DNA of 64,000 nt from NCBI GenBank assembly GCA_016207165.1, contig JACQQD010000005.1, positions 1 to 64,000 on the forward strand. The letters are read 5' to 3'. Under the pieces are notes generated by a model. The model ran no database searches. It worked only from the letters and a program-made list of their open reading frames with translations, and was not told where the DNA came from. Shown in pieces: positions 55,409 through 64,000 of this stretch. The stretch's first letter is position 1. Each line of letters starts with the position of its first letter. The stretch comes from Candidatus Micrarchaeota archaeon (GTDB lineage: Archaea > Micrarchaeota > Micrarchaeia > Norongarragalinales > Norongarragalinaceae). Position numbers and translations under genes: made by a program.

Positions 55409-56239
55409 TCATGCGCTTCGGAGATCCCGCAACGCGTCCCGGGGTTTCTTGAAGTTCACGATGACTCCGGCACCCAATTCAACTCCGCCCCACACCGCTT
55501 TGCGCGGAAGCACTTCCACGTGGAACCAGAGCTTCTTGTTTTTCGGCGCGACATGAAAGGCCACCGTATAGTCCCACGACAGCGTCTTGATTTTCCGAAT
55601 GATTTCCCGTAGAACCAGCATGAATTCCAAACCCTGCTTCTCGTTCATGTCTTCAAAGCGAAGGTTTTCGTCATTGGAAAGAATCCAAGTCTCCCACGGA
55701 AACCGCGAGACAGGCGGGCACACGGCCTTGAAGTGTTCCGACTCTAAAACCGCGGGTTGCTTCAGCATTTTCTTGAAGGTGGACGGACCGGCATGCAATT
55801 CGGATTGGACGAGTTTTGGAATGAAGGGGAAGGACAGGATTTGCGCGTGTTCGTGGTCGATGGAGGCCCCCGACTTGTCGCCGAAGTTCTTGAACAGCAA
55901 CACGTACTTCGCGTTCTTGTTTTCCAAGAGGGCGCGGAAGCGGTTTTGGTATGCTTGGAACACCAACGCCAACTGGCTTTCCGGAAAGTCTTCCCACGCG
56001 TCGTGCCCTGCGGTCTCTACAATGACTTCGTGAAAGCCATTGGGTGATTCCACCACGGGAAACTTGTTGGGAAAGCACCGGACCCTCCAATTCTTGGCAC
56101 CCGGCAACACCAAAGTCGCGGGAGGCGTGAGGTGTTCGGCTCCAGGACAAAAAAGGCAATTTTTGGGTTTGTGGGGACGCTTGCTTCGGGACTGGGAATA
56201 CGCCACGCGGGTGCCGTGGATGGCGTCCAAAGCGAACAT
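55409..56239 (-). CDS. galT: Galactose-1-phosphate uridylyltransferase (GalT-like)
   Basis: RSKRP, CLFCPG, NKFP, HEVIVE, GASIDHEHAQ (HxHxQ). Confidence 0.88.
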   Translation of the reverse strand: MFALDAIHGTRVAYSQSRSKRPHKPKNCLFCPGAEHLTPPATLVLPGAKNWRVRCFPNKFPVVESPNGFHEVIVETAGHDAWEDFPESQLALVFQAYQNRFRALLENKNAKYVLLFKNFGDKSGASIDHEHAQILSFPFIPKLVQSELHAGPSTFKKMLKQPAVLESEHFKAVCPPVSRFPWETWILSNDENLRFEDMNEKQGLEFMLVLREIIRKIKTLSWDYTVAFHVAPKNKKLWFHVEVLPRKAVWGGVELGAGVIVNFKKPRDALRDLRSA

Positions 56240-56246
56240 GAAAGGC

Positions 56247-56468
56247 TTAGACGGTTTCGACCTTGAAATATGCTTTGCTGCCTTCCAACGTCTTCTGGAT
56301 TTGGTCGATGAAGGAGAACAATTGCTCCATGGACGGTTTTTTCCGCCACGTGTACTCAAAATCGTAGTTGCCCGTCATTGGGCTAAACCCCAAGGAGGTC
56401 AACCTCGAAATGACTTCGCTGGGCAAGTCGCCTTCCGAGGAAAACCAGACCACCAAATACGTCTTCAT
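56247..56468 (-). CDS. Small hypothetical protein
   Basis: 73 aa; FSSEG..PSE..GF..GNYDF pattern; upstream of galT. Confidence 0.7.
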   Translation of the reverse strand: MKTYLVVWFSSEGDLPSEVISRLTSLGFSPMTGNYDFEYTWRKKPSMEQLFSFIDQIQKTLEGSKAYFKVETV

Positions 56469-56601
56469 GAAAACCCACCTTCGTCAAGCAAGGTTGGCCT
56501 GCGAGGCTTTAAAGGGTTTCTCCCAAATCGATGCAAATCCATCAAAAAGTGTTGTGCCTTCCAAGGGATGTTTTTAAGAAAGCCAAGCAAACACGTAACG
56601 C

Positions 56602-56943
56602 ATGGAAAAAGAGCTCCACGAATTATTTGCCGAACGGGGTTGGACCCGCTTCAATCCCGTGAAAAAAGGGCCCCTAGACACACCGGCCCACGAAACAGCC
56701 AAAGCCCTCATGCAATCGGCGATGGATGCGGGCCAAGAGTTGCCAAACCCAAGATACTACTACTTTCACAAAGAAGCCCCACCTGCGCATGAACCCCTCC
56801 ATCAACCCTCCGTTGAATTTGCCGACTTAGTCAACCAAGTGCAACAAACCCATCCAAGCGCCGGAATACATTTTGAGAGTCGGTTAGTGGGCAGCCTTCG
56901 GATTCTGGCCGTCGTGCTCCACCAAAAGCCTTCAAGGAAATGA
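56602..56943 (+). CDS. Hypothetical protein
   Basis: 113-aa ORF; no motif. Confidence 0.5.
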   Translation: MEKELHELFAERGWTRFNPVKKGPLDTPAHETAKALMQSAMDAGQELPNPRYYYFHKEAPPAHEPLHQPSVEFADLVNQVQQTHPSAGIHFESRLVGSLRILAVVLHQKPSRK

Positions 56944-56997
56944 CGCCTGATTCAACCCAGTTCATTTTAATCCCCCAAAACAATGCATTGAAGTCAC

Positions 56998-57519
56998 ATG
57001 CCACTCCACGCGGTTCCCGACGCACTGAACATCGTCTACGACGAAAAAAAGTATTTGGCGTTAAGCCTGGCCACGGCTCCGCTTTTGGCTTACCTCCTCG
57101 TCCTGGCCACCTCCATTCCCGGCCAGACCCTGGAGAGCTGGTGGTTTTCCGCGCCGGCGTACACCAAATTCCTCGTTTTTTTCGCGGCCTCCGTTCTCTC
57201 CGTCATCCTGACCATGCAAGTCTACACCTGGAAAAACTACAAGAAAGTCAAGAAACGCCACACCACCGGAGGCCTGGCAGGCGTGGCCGCCACCCTGGCC
57301 GCCACGGCGTGCTGTTCTCCGTTGTTGCTGCCGTTGGCGGGCGTCGCGGGCTTTGGCGGGTTTTTGTTCTTCGTGCAAACCCACCAACTGGCCGTCGTGA
57401 TACTCAGTTCCCTAGCGTTGTTGGCATCCCTTTACTTTACAAGCAAAGCCGTCTCGTGCGAGGACTGCCGCGTCAAAGCCGGCCTGGAAAAAAACGTCAA
57501 AAACCCAAAAGGCGCTTGA
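56998..57519 (+). CDS. Membrane protein with CC and CxxC motifs (MerT/MerC-like metal binding)
   Basis: Four TMs; ACCSPLL within a TM; C-terminal CEDC. Confidence 0.7.
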   Translation: MPLHAVPDALNIVYDEKKYLALSLATAPLLAYLLVLATSIPGQTLESWWFSAPAYTKFLVFFAASVLSVILTMQVYTWKNYKKVKKRHTTGGLAGVAATLAATACCSPLLLPLAGVAGFGGFLFFVQTHQLAVVILSSLALLASLYFTSKAVSCEDCRVKAGLEKNVKNPKGA

Positions 57520-57928
57520 AACGCTCCCAAAACGACGGCTTGACGGCGGGCGCACCCCACTGGGCAAACAAGGCGGCGTGTTCGGCACGACGTTCCACGG
57601 GACTGAGGATTTCAAAACGCACGCGACGCGTACCCGCGTCATGAAACAAGGCCACGTAGTGGCCTCCGTTAGCCAAAACAGCTCGGTGCTTTTCCAACAG
57701 GCCAACGACGACGCGGATGCGCCTGCCTTTGCGGAGAAGGCCCAGCAAGTGAGTCTCTTGATGCCGAAGGCCTGGAACATCCAACTCCCCCTCCAAGTGC
57801 GGGTTGCACACATGGACCTTCGAGTCCTCGCCGGCCACGGAGTGGATGAATGGATCGGACGGGTCAGGCTCCGGCGCGACGTGCCGGCGCATTTCACGCA
57901 AGAACACGCGGTGCAAGGTGGAACTCAT
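57497..57928 (-). CDS. Hypothetical protein
   Basis: 143-aa ORF after gap; no motif. Confidence 0.5.
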   Translation of the reverse strand: MSSTLHRVFLREMRRHVAPEPDPSDPFIHSVAGEDSKVHVCNPHLEGELDVPGLRHQETHLLGLLRKGRRIRVVVGLLEKHRAVLANGGHYVALFHDAGTRRVRFEILSPVERRAEHAALFAQWGAPAVKPSFWERFKRLLGF

Positions 57929-57946
57929 GAAAACAAGGAAAAAAGT

Positions 57947-58936
57947 TCATCGGCGTCCGCCGATTTTCTCCGCCAATTCGACGAGCCGGCACGAGTAACC
58001 CCACTCGTTGTCGTACCAGGACACGACTTTGACCAAGTCGCCGTCAATGACGTTGGTCAAACCCAAGTCCACGATGGAGGAATACGGGTTTTTCTTGAAG
58101 TCCGAAGACACCAATGGTTCGTCGGTCCACGTCAGAATGCCTTTGAAGCGCGGGGACGCCGCGGCTTTCTTGATGGCGGCGTTGACTTGCTCTTTGGTGG
58201 TTTTCTTTTTGACCAACACCGTGAAATCGGAAAGCGAGACCACGGGCACCGGCACGCGGAACGCCAAGCCGTCAAACCGGCCTTTCAAGGAAGGCAGCAC
58301 TTCCCCGGTGGCCGACGCCGCGCCGGTGGACGTTGGAATGATGTTTTCGGCGGCCGCCCGCGCGCGCCGCAGATCCGTGTGCGGCGCGTCGTGCAGGTGC
58401 TGGTCCTGCGTGTAGGCGTGGATGGTGGACATGGCCGCCTTCTGGATTCCGAAAGCCTCGTCCAAGACGTCCATGACGGGAATGATGCAGTTGGAAGTGC
58501 AAGACGCGTTGGACACCAGCGCCGCACCGGTTTTGTCCTTGACGCCCAACACCAGGGTATCCACGCCTCCTTTGGCGGGAGCCGAAATGATGACGTGTTT
58601 GGCGCCCGCGTCAAGATGCTTTTGCGCGTCCTCTTTCTTCGTAAACCGGCCGGTACACTCCAAGACGACGTCCACGTTGAATTTCTTCCACGGCAGTTGT
58701 TCTGGGTCGCGCTCGGAAATGCCGTGGATTTTCTTTCCGTCCACGACCAAGTCGTTTCCCTCCACCCGGACGTCGCGCTCGTACGTGCCGTAGTTGGAGT
58801 CGTGCTTCAAAAGGAAAGCCAATTCCTTGGCCTGAGTCAAGTCATTGACGGCCACAACGTCCAAGCCCTTCTCAAAAGCGATCTTGAACGCCGTCCGGCC
58901 AATCCGGCCAAAACCGTTGATTGCAATGCGAACCAT
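57947..58936 (-). CDS. gap: Glyceraldehyde-3-phosphate dehydrogenase, class I (bacterial-type)
   Basis: INGFGRIGR, ECTG, NASCTSNC, TGAA, RVP, WYDNEWGYS. Confidence 0.97.
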   Translation of the reverse strand: MVRIAINGFGRIGRTAFKIAFEKGLDVVAVNDLTQAKELAFLLKHDSNYGTYERDVRVEGNDLVVDGKKIHGISERDPEQLPWKKFNVDVVLECTGRFTKKEDAQKHLDAGAKHVIISAPAKGGVDTLVLGVKDKTGAALVSNASCTSNCIIPVMDVLDEAFGIQKAAMSTIHAYTQDQHLHDAPHTDLRRARAAAENIIPTSTGAASATGEVLPSLKGRFDGLAFRVPVPVVSLSDFTVLVKKKTTKEQVNAAIKKAAASPRFKGILTWTDEPLVSSDFKKNPYSSIVDLGLTNVIDGDLVKVVSWYDNEWGYSCRLVELAEKIGGRR

Positions 58937-58950
58937 TTGACCCAACCCAC

Positions 58951-59199
58951 CTAATTGGGCAAGCCCAAGAGCTTCTGGATTCTAGGCTTGTCAAATCCTA
59001 CTACAATCTGTCCGTCGATTTCAATCACGGGAACGCCGAGTTGACCGCTTTTCTCCACCATTTCCTCGGCTTTCTGTTGGTCCGCGGCCACGTCAATTTC
59101 CTGGTATTGGACCTTGTTTTCCTTGAAGTATTCCTTGGCCAACCGACAGTACACGCAGGACGGCGTCGAATAGATGATGACCTCGTGTTTTTGAGCCAT
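58951..59199 (-). CDS. Glutaredoxin-like (NrdH/YruB) redoxin
   Basis: YSTPSCVYC, GQLGVPVI, VGFD. Confidence 0.92.
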   Translation of the reverse strand: MAQKHEVIIYSTPSCVYCRLAKEYFKENKVQYQEIDVAADQQKAEEMVEKSGQLGVPVIEIDGQIVVGFDKPRIQKLLGLPN

Positions 59200-59292
59200 A
59201 AATAAAACCCTCCCGGATGCGACGTGGAACAATAAGCACGTAAAACCAATTAAAGCTTGAGGTTGAATCCGCGCGCCCTTGGAAGCACGAAT

Positions 59293-61962
59293 TCAGTCAA
59301 CCGGGATAATTATCTGGGTTTCGCTGGACGGATCCCCTTGGCAGGCCATCTGGCCGTCTGGGCGCACGGTACAAACTTGCTGATCCGTTGATTCAAAAAG
59401 AAGGGGTCGTGAGACCTCTTGAATGACCTGGGTTTTCACTTCATCCAAGAGCAGATCGGCCAAAGGTACGGACCAACTGAACGTGGCAAGACCGGAGAGC
59501 AGGAAAGCGGCGTCATACAGTTGTTCTGCGGAATTTTGCAAGATTTCAGTTCCATTCGCACTTATCCAAGCCCGGTGGGTTCCCAAGCCGAACACGCCGA
59601 AAATTTCAGAGCTGACTTTGGCATCGGTGCCCGCCTCGTTGATCGTGCAGTGCGGAAAAACCGTCTGACCGGTAGTGTACGTCTCTTCCCGACAGTGCCA
59701 GATTCCTTCCGGCGACTTCCAGCATGCCTGCGGATAGTACACCTCATAACTTGTCGGGTACGGACAGAACCGCCACACGTAGGATTGTTCCTGCTTGTTT
59801 CCATCGGAATACTCAACATAGCGATAAGCCAAAATCGGCGTCACCGGACGCAGTAAATGGGTTACGGGTTCACCGTACTTGAAACGCCAGGCCGTGGTTC
59901 TGATGACATCCAAAGATTCTGGCAACGGGATGCCGGACGCACACGTCGTTCCCAAATCGGCCTGGCAACTCGTTGGAATGTCCGGAATCACGGACACGGG
60001 TTGAAACGTCATCCCGATTCTCGGCGTTTCCAGCTTCGCCAAAAAGTCGGCGGTTTGAGAAACCGGCATGAGTTCGCTGCAATTCTGGCCCATGCATATT
60101 TGGCAGACTTCATGCACGCACAGGAAATTGAAACGGTCGCTGGAAGTTTCTACGGGCAAAAACAACTTCGAGTCAACAGGAACCGGAGTCGGAGACGCCG
60201 TCGGCGTGGGTGAAGGGGAGGAAGAGGCGGTAGAGGCTCCGACAAAAAGGCCGCTTGCGTAATGGCTGACCAGTTGCGAGTTGGTCAAGCTGGAAAGGCC
60301 AAGGCCCTCCGGCGGCACGACGGCAAGCGGGACTCCGAAGTTGTTTCCAAGTTCGGCCAGAGGAAAGCTTCCATCTGCCACCAAATTGTATTCAAACGCG
60401 AGCGAGTCCGGAAAGTCATACAGGTAAAACGCGGTGTTGGACGCGCCGCCCAAGGATTCAAGCCCAAACGAAGCGGGTTTTCCGGGTTCCAGCCACGACG
60501 CAGGCACCGTCACCCACACTACGCCCTCGCTGTAAACGTTTGAATCCCACCACTTGTTTTGGAGGTACACGCGGCTTTCGTCGCCTTGAACCAAATTGGA
60601 GGAAATGGCGGGAAAACCTTCCAGAAGCGTGTGGCCGTTGAGCGTCAACCGGAACGGCGCGGAGTAGCCCGCCGGAACGCCCACGCCGGCGTAAAAGGCG
60701 AACGTCACGGTCCCGTTCGTGAAGTCTGTTGGAACGGCCTGCGTTTCCCAGAAAAACTTTTGTTGCGCGGCCAGCGGGTAAAACCAGTACGCGTGGCTCT
60801 CGCCTTGTGGGCCAGTCCGGTATCCTGAACCCCGGTTCACGTACCCCACGTTGGGCGTGTAGGTGGCGCGGGTGTATCCTTCCAATGCCTGAACCCGAAG
60901 GGGCACCGGTTCAAGAAAAACGGGGTCAGCCGGAGCGTTTTCAACAGCGGGCGCATACTTCAAGCGTACGGAGTAGGTCCTTCCAAGCCGGGTCAGGGCG
61001 GATCCGTCAAAGAAGAAATCGGTACTCAAGTCGGCCTGGTCAAAGGAAAGGAATCCGACGGATTGGCGCATTTTTAGTCCTACCCACGCCGTGCCGGAAA
61101 CGGAAACATTCGGTAGTGCGGCGTACTCCGTGTGCGGGACGCCGTTCACGGCGGCCGTTGAAGTGGCGTGCGCAAGCAAGGCGCCTGGTTTTCCGTCCTG
61201 GTCGGCCCAAACCGACACGTCCAGCACGTCCCCGTCCACGCCGCGGTCAAAGCCAACCAGCTCGACTTCCAGAAGTTGGACGGATGCGCCCAAATCCATT
61301 TTCTTGGCCAGCCAATAACCCGTTGGAATGATGTTGTCGGTGTAGATGTAAGAAGCGTTTTCGTTCTGCCAGGTTTCAGTAGCCATGACCGGCTTTGGCT
61401 TGGGCGTCGGGCTGAGCGTGGGCGACTCCCTGGGCAACGGCGTAGCCGTCGGAGACGGCTCCGGAGGCGGCAACAAAAATGCGAATTCGTCGTACTGCAC
61501 GCGCACGCTGTACGTTCGGCCCAAGCGCGTCAAGGCATTGTTGCCTTCCCAGAAGAAATCGGTTCCAGAATCGATGGCATCAAACCAAAGAAAGCCGACG
61601 GACTGCTGCATGCGAACGCCGACCCACACCGGGCCGTTGGCCGGAGCTGAAACCGGAACGGATTCCCAGTGGGCCTGGCCAGTCACGGAAACGGCTTTCG
61701 AAGCAGAAGCCAGAAGCGTCCCGGGTTTTCCTTGATCGTCTGCCCATACAAAAACGGAAACGACGTCCCCATTCACGCCCCGGTCAAACCCGTAAAGCGA
61801 AATCTCGTTGAGCACCGCGGCCGAAGGAAAATCCACGTGTTTGACGAGCCAGTAACCCGTCGGGATGATGTTATCCGTGTAGGGACCCGACCCGTACTCG
61901 TTTTGCCATGTAGCGGCTCCCACAAAAACGAGCAGCACCAAGAAAAGAAAAAGCCACCGCAT
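59293..61962 (-). CDS. Secreted modular protein with duplicated N-terminal domain and Pro/Thr linkers
   Basis: Signal peptide; TWQNE..YTDNIIPTGYWL....LTRLGRTYSVR occurs twice; PSPTATP linkers; Cys-rich C-terminal part. Confidence 0.82.
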   Translation of the reverse strand: MRWLFLFLVLLVFVGAATWQNEYGSGPYTDNIIPTGYWLVKHVDFPSAAVLNEISLYGFDRGVNGDVVSVFVWADDQGKPGTLLASASKAVSVTGQAHWESVPVSAPANGPVWVGVRMQQSVGFLWFDAIDSGTDFFWEGNNALTRLGRTYSVRVQYDEFAFLLPPPEPSPTATPLPRESPTLSPTPKPKPVMATETWQNENASYIYTDNIIPTGYWLAKKMDLGASVQLLEVELVGFDRGVDGDVLDVSVWADQDGKPGALLAHATSTAAVNGVPHTEYAALPNVSVSGTAWVGLKMRQSVGFLSFDQADLSTDFFFDGSALTRLGRTYSVRLKYAPAVENAPADPVFLEPVPLRVQALEGYTRATYTPNVGYVNRGSGYRTGPQGESHAYWFYPLAAQQKFFWETQAVPTDFTNGTVTFAFYAGVGVPAGYSAPFRLTLNGHTLLEGFPAISSNLVQGDESRVYLQNKWWDSNVYSEGVVWVTVPASWLEPGKPASFGLESLGGASNTAFYLYDFPDSLAFEYNLVADGSFPLAELGNNFGVPLAVVPPEGLGLSSLTNSQLVSHYASGLFVGASTASSSPSPTPTASPTPVPVDSKLFLPVETSSDRFNFLCVHEVCQICMGQNCSELMPVSQTADFLAKLETPRIGMTFQPVSVIPDIPTSCQADLGTTCASGIPLPESLDVIRTTAWRFKYGEPVTHLLRPVTPILAYRYVEYSDGNKQEQSYVWRFCPYPTSYEVYYPQACWKSPEGIWHCREETYTTGQTVFPHCTINEAGTDAKVSSEIFGVFGLGTHRAWISANGTEILQNSAEQLYDAAFLLSGLATFSWSVPLADLLLDEVKTQVIQEVSRPLLFESTDQQVCTVRPDGQMACQGDPSSETQIIIPVD

Positions 61963-62057
61963 ACACGCTCTCCCACCAATAGCCGGCGGAAAAACGCATT
62001 TATATTTTGTGACATAAAAGAAATAAATTATTAAGAAAAGACGTATTTGAGTACATT

Positions 62058-62699
62058 ATGACCAATATACGCAACGAGGTTTGGAAGCGCATTGACGCCG
62101 ACCCCTCCATTCAATTGGACTTGGAACGCGGCATCGTCAACGTGCGGGCCTTGGCTCGGCACTTCCAGGACACGGGCGTTCCGGGAAGCAAGGAGGCCGT
62201 CATCTCCGCCATCCGAAGATACCCCCGCACGTCCGCCAAGTCGTGGTATGAAACGGCTCGAAGCATCGTCGCCCAGTCCCACGTCTCCACGAAAAGCCAC
62301 ATCGTCCTCATCGAATTAAGCAAAGGCGGGGAAGTGCAAGACATCCTGGCGGAGCTGTTTGACCTCGTGCGCTACGAAAAGGGGGAGACGCTGCGCATCG
62401 TCCAAGGCGAGGAATCCATTCGGTTGCTGGTGGATGAAAAGAACCGCGAAAAGATGCTGGAAAAAATACCGGAAAAAAGCGTGCTGAACGTCTACAGGGA
62501 CTTAGCGGAAATCAACGTGCATTTGCATCCCCAAGGGGCCAAAACCCCGGGCATCGTGTACGTGATCAGCGGCGAGTTGGCGCGCCACCACATCAACATG
62601 TATGAAATGCTGGGCGGGGCACCGGAAATCCTGATTTTCGTCGAGGAAAAAAAGTTGATGGCGGCGTACAACGCCTTGTTCGAGTTGTGCCACCAATAA
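62058..62699 (+). CDS. HTH + ACT-domain regulator-like protein
   Basis: GIVNVRALAR..AVISAIRRY N-terminus; TPGIVY...LA..INM ACT-like C-terminus. Confidence 0.8.
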   Translation: MTNIRNEVWKRIDADPSIQLDLERGIVNVRALARHFQDTGVPGSKEAVISAIRRYPRTSAKSWYETARSIVAQSHVSTKSHIVLIELSKGGEVQDILAELFDLVRYEKGETLRIVQGEESIRLLVDEKNREKMLEKIPEKSVLNVYRDLAEINVHLHPQGAKTPGIVYVISGELARHHINMYEMLGGAPEILIFVEEKKLMAAYNALFELCHQ

Positions 62700-62701
62700 A
62701 T

Positions 62702-64000
62702 CTAAATGATTTTTTCGCCGGAGTCCTTCTTGACCAAATGAATGACGTTCACGGGGCAGGACTGGGCGGCTTCCATGTTCGTGTCGAAATCTTGGTCCTG
62801 GATGTCCAACTCTTCCGTTTCGTCATCCATCTTCTTTCCGCCGACGACATCGCTTTTCCCGTCGTCATTCATCGTCCAGAAATCCGGGGAAACGCCCGCG
62901 CATGCCGCGCAGTTGTGCACGATGCCGGCCGAGGTGCAGTAATCCTCGATTCCAGCGACTTCCAGGTTGTAGACGACTCCGGAATAGGGCGTTTCAATGA
63001 CGTCCATTATAGGAAGCAAAAGCCGCGATTCGGTTTGAATCGAGTTAATTTTTAGTGCGGAAGCGGTTTTAGCGGTTTGGCCGTTGACCAACGCCTCCAG
63101 GTGGGCTACGTACGGATTGCATACTTTTGGTTTGAACGAAGGCCTGTGGCCCGGGCGCGGTTTGGATTGCTCCATGGAGCTGACGATGTCCTGACGGAGC
63201 AAAAGCAATTTCATTTGTTCGGCAAGCCGGCGGGAAATGGTGCTGTATTGCGCACGGTTAGAACCAATCCAGCCGTCCCCACGCCAAAGACCCTTAATCA
63301 AGTCCCTTTGAACCCATGGCTCCGCCAACATCATTTCAGCAGGAACGTGCTTGTTTTGCGCTCCATGACCAAACCATTCAACAAAGGCTTTGGCAATCAA
63401 CGAAGAGTTTGCCAAGACAGTAATGGTGTTCTTTCGGGGTATTCGCCGAATCGTTGCCTTCAATCCAAACACGTGGTCCAAGAGTTGCGCCGTATCCTGG
63501 GCCAATTCCATTTCCTTGCTCCCAAAAGTGAAAAGAATCTGCCGACAATACACGGTTTCCGGTTTTCCAATGGTATTTCCTTCCGACACGTAGTAACCCG
63601 CCAACCGGAAGAATTCAGGCGTAAACGCTACCGTTTTCTGTTTCAACCCGTTTCTGGAGGCGGTTGAAAACGTCAAGAAGTTCACGGACGCCGACCTAAC
63701 GGGCTTGGGATAAGTCACGTAATCGAGTTTCTTGAGGTTGCCTGCCTCCGTCCACTCAAATTCAAACGGCGCCCGGTTATGCTCGTATTTGGACTTCCGG
63801 CGGACAACGAGCACTTTGTGTTCTTCGGTGATGTGAATGGAACCCATGGAACGGATTTTCAGTTCAAAAATGCGGCCCACGTGTTTGTGGGCCATGACGC
63901 CGGTGACAGCTTGATACGATCCGTTCGAGGTAAGCACCAAATCTCCTACCTTGATTTCCGAAATGGGTTTGGCGCCATATGGACCAACGATTAGCGTATC
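62702..64000 (-). CDS. Ferredoxin (single-cluster, Fer4_13/15-like) precursor containing an intein; 5' end outside the window
   Basis: Frame is open to base 64000; C-extein CAACAGVSPDFWTMNDDGKS...AAQSCPVNVIH (62911-62702). Confidence 0.85.
   Translation of the reverse strand, partial: DTLIVGPYGAKPISEIKVGDLVLTSNGSYQAVTGVMAHKHVGRIFELKIRSMGSIHITEEHKVLVVRRKSKYEHNRAPFEFEWTEAGNLKKLDYVTYPKPVRSASVNFLTFSTASRNGLKQKTVAFTPEFFRLAGYYVSEGNTIGKPETVYCRQILFTFGSKEMELAQDTAQLLDHVFGLKATIRRIPRKNTITVLANSSLIAKAFVEWFGHGAQNKHVPAEMMLAEPWVQRDLIKGLWRGDGWIGSNRAQYSTISRRLAEQMKLLLLRQDIVSSMEQSKPRPGHRPSFKPKVCNPYVAHLEALVNGQTAKTASALKINSIQTESRLLLPIMDVIETPYSGVVYNLEVAGIEDYCTSAGIVHNCAACAGVSPDFWTMNDDGKSDVVGGKKMDDETEELDIQDQDFDTNMEAAQSCPVNVIHLVKKDSGEKII
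62912..64000 (-). mobile_element. Intein with LAGLIDADG homing endonuclease (N-terminal residues just outside the window)
   Basis: Block A tail DTLIV...KPISEIKVGDLVLT; block B ITEEHKVL; LAGYYVSEG and IKGLWRGDG; blocks F/G VYNLEV...IVHN|C. Confidence 0.93.

Noticed and set aside
1-64000. CRISPR array, rRNA genes, DGR or intact transposase/integrase
   Set aside because: No regularly spaced repeat-spacer array, rRNA-like tract, reverse transcriptase, TR/VR pair or recombinase ORF was recognised by eye.

Overview
Roughly 55-60% GC archaeal chromosomal segment. Gene content and style suggest a DPANN lineage, probably Micrarchaeota-like (inference): class I LysRS, aIF2gamma, RpoE'/Spt4, eS24/eS27a/eS6/eL41, Kae1/Bud32/Sua5, Hel308, CarS, SecDF, LeuRS and aIF5B, plus bacterial-type adk, dut and GAPDH. 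It also holds three intron-less tRNAs (Lys-UUU, Gln-UUG, Leu-CAG), a type IV pilus locus with about six class III signal-peptide genes, two archaeosortase/exosortase-family genes, giant surface proteins (1377 and 2284 aa) and several toxin-antitoxin modules. Highlights not explained by the ORF track: (1) the eL41 gene is split by a 35-nt tRNA-type bulge-helix-bulge/loop intron whose canonical cleavage exactly restores the frame, directly downstream of a decayed NUMOD/Vsr-type homing-endonuclease-like gene; (2) a LAGLIDADG intein sits in the Fe-S-ligand Cys motif of a small ferredoxin; (3) an intergenic double-guide C/D box sRNA appears to target 23S rRNA helices 69-71; (4) the essential aIF5B gene has an in-frame TAG, probably an artefact. 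No CRISPR array or rRNA gene was seen.
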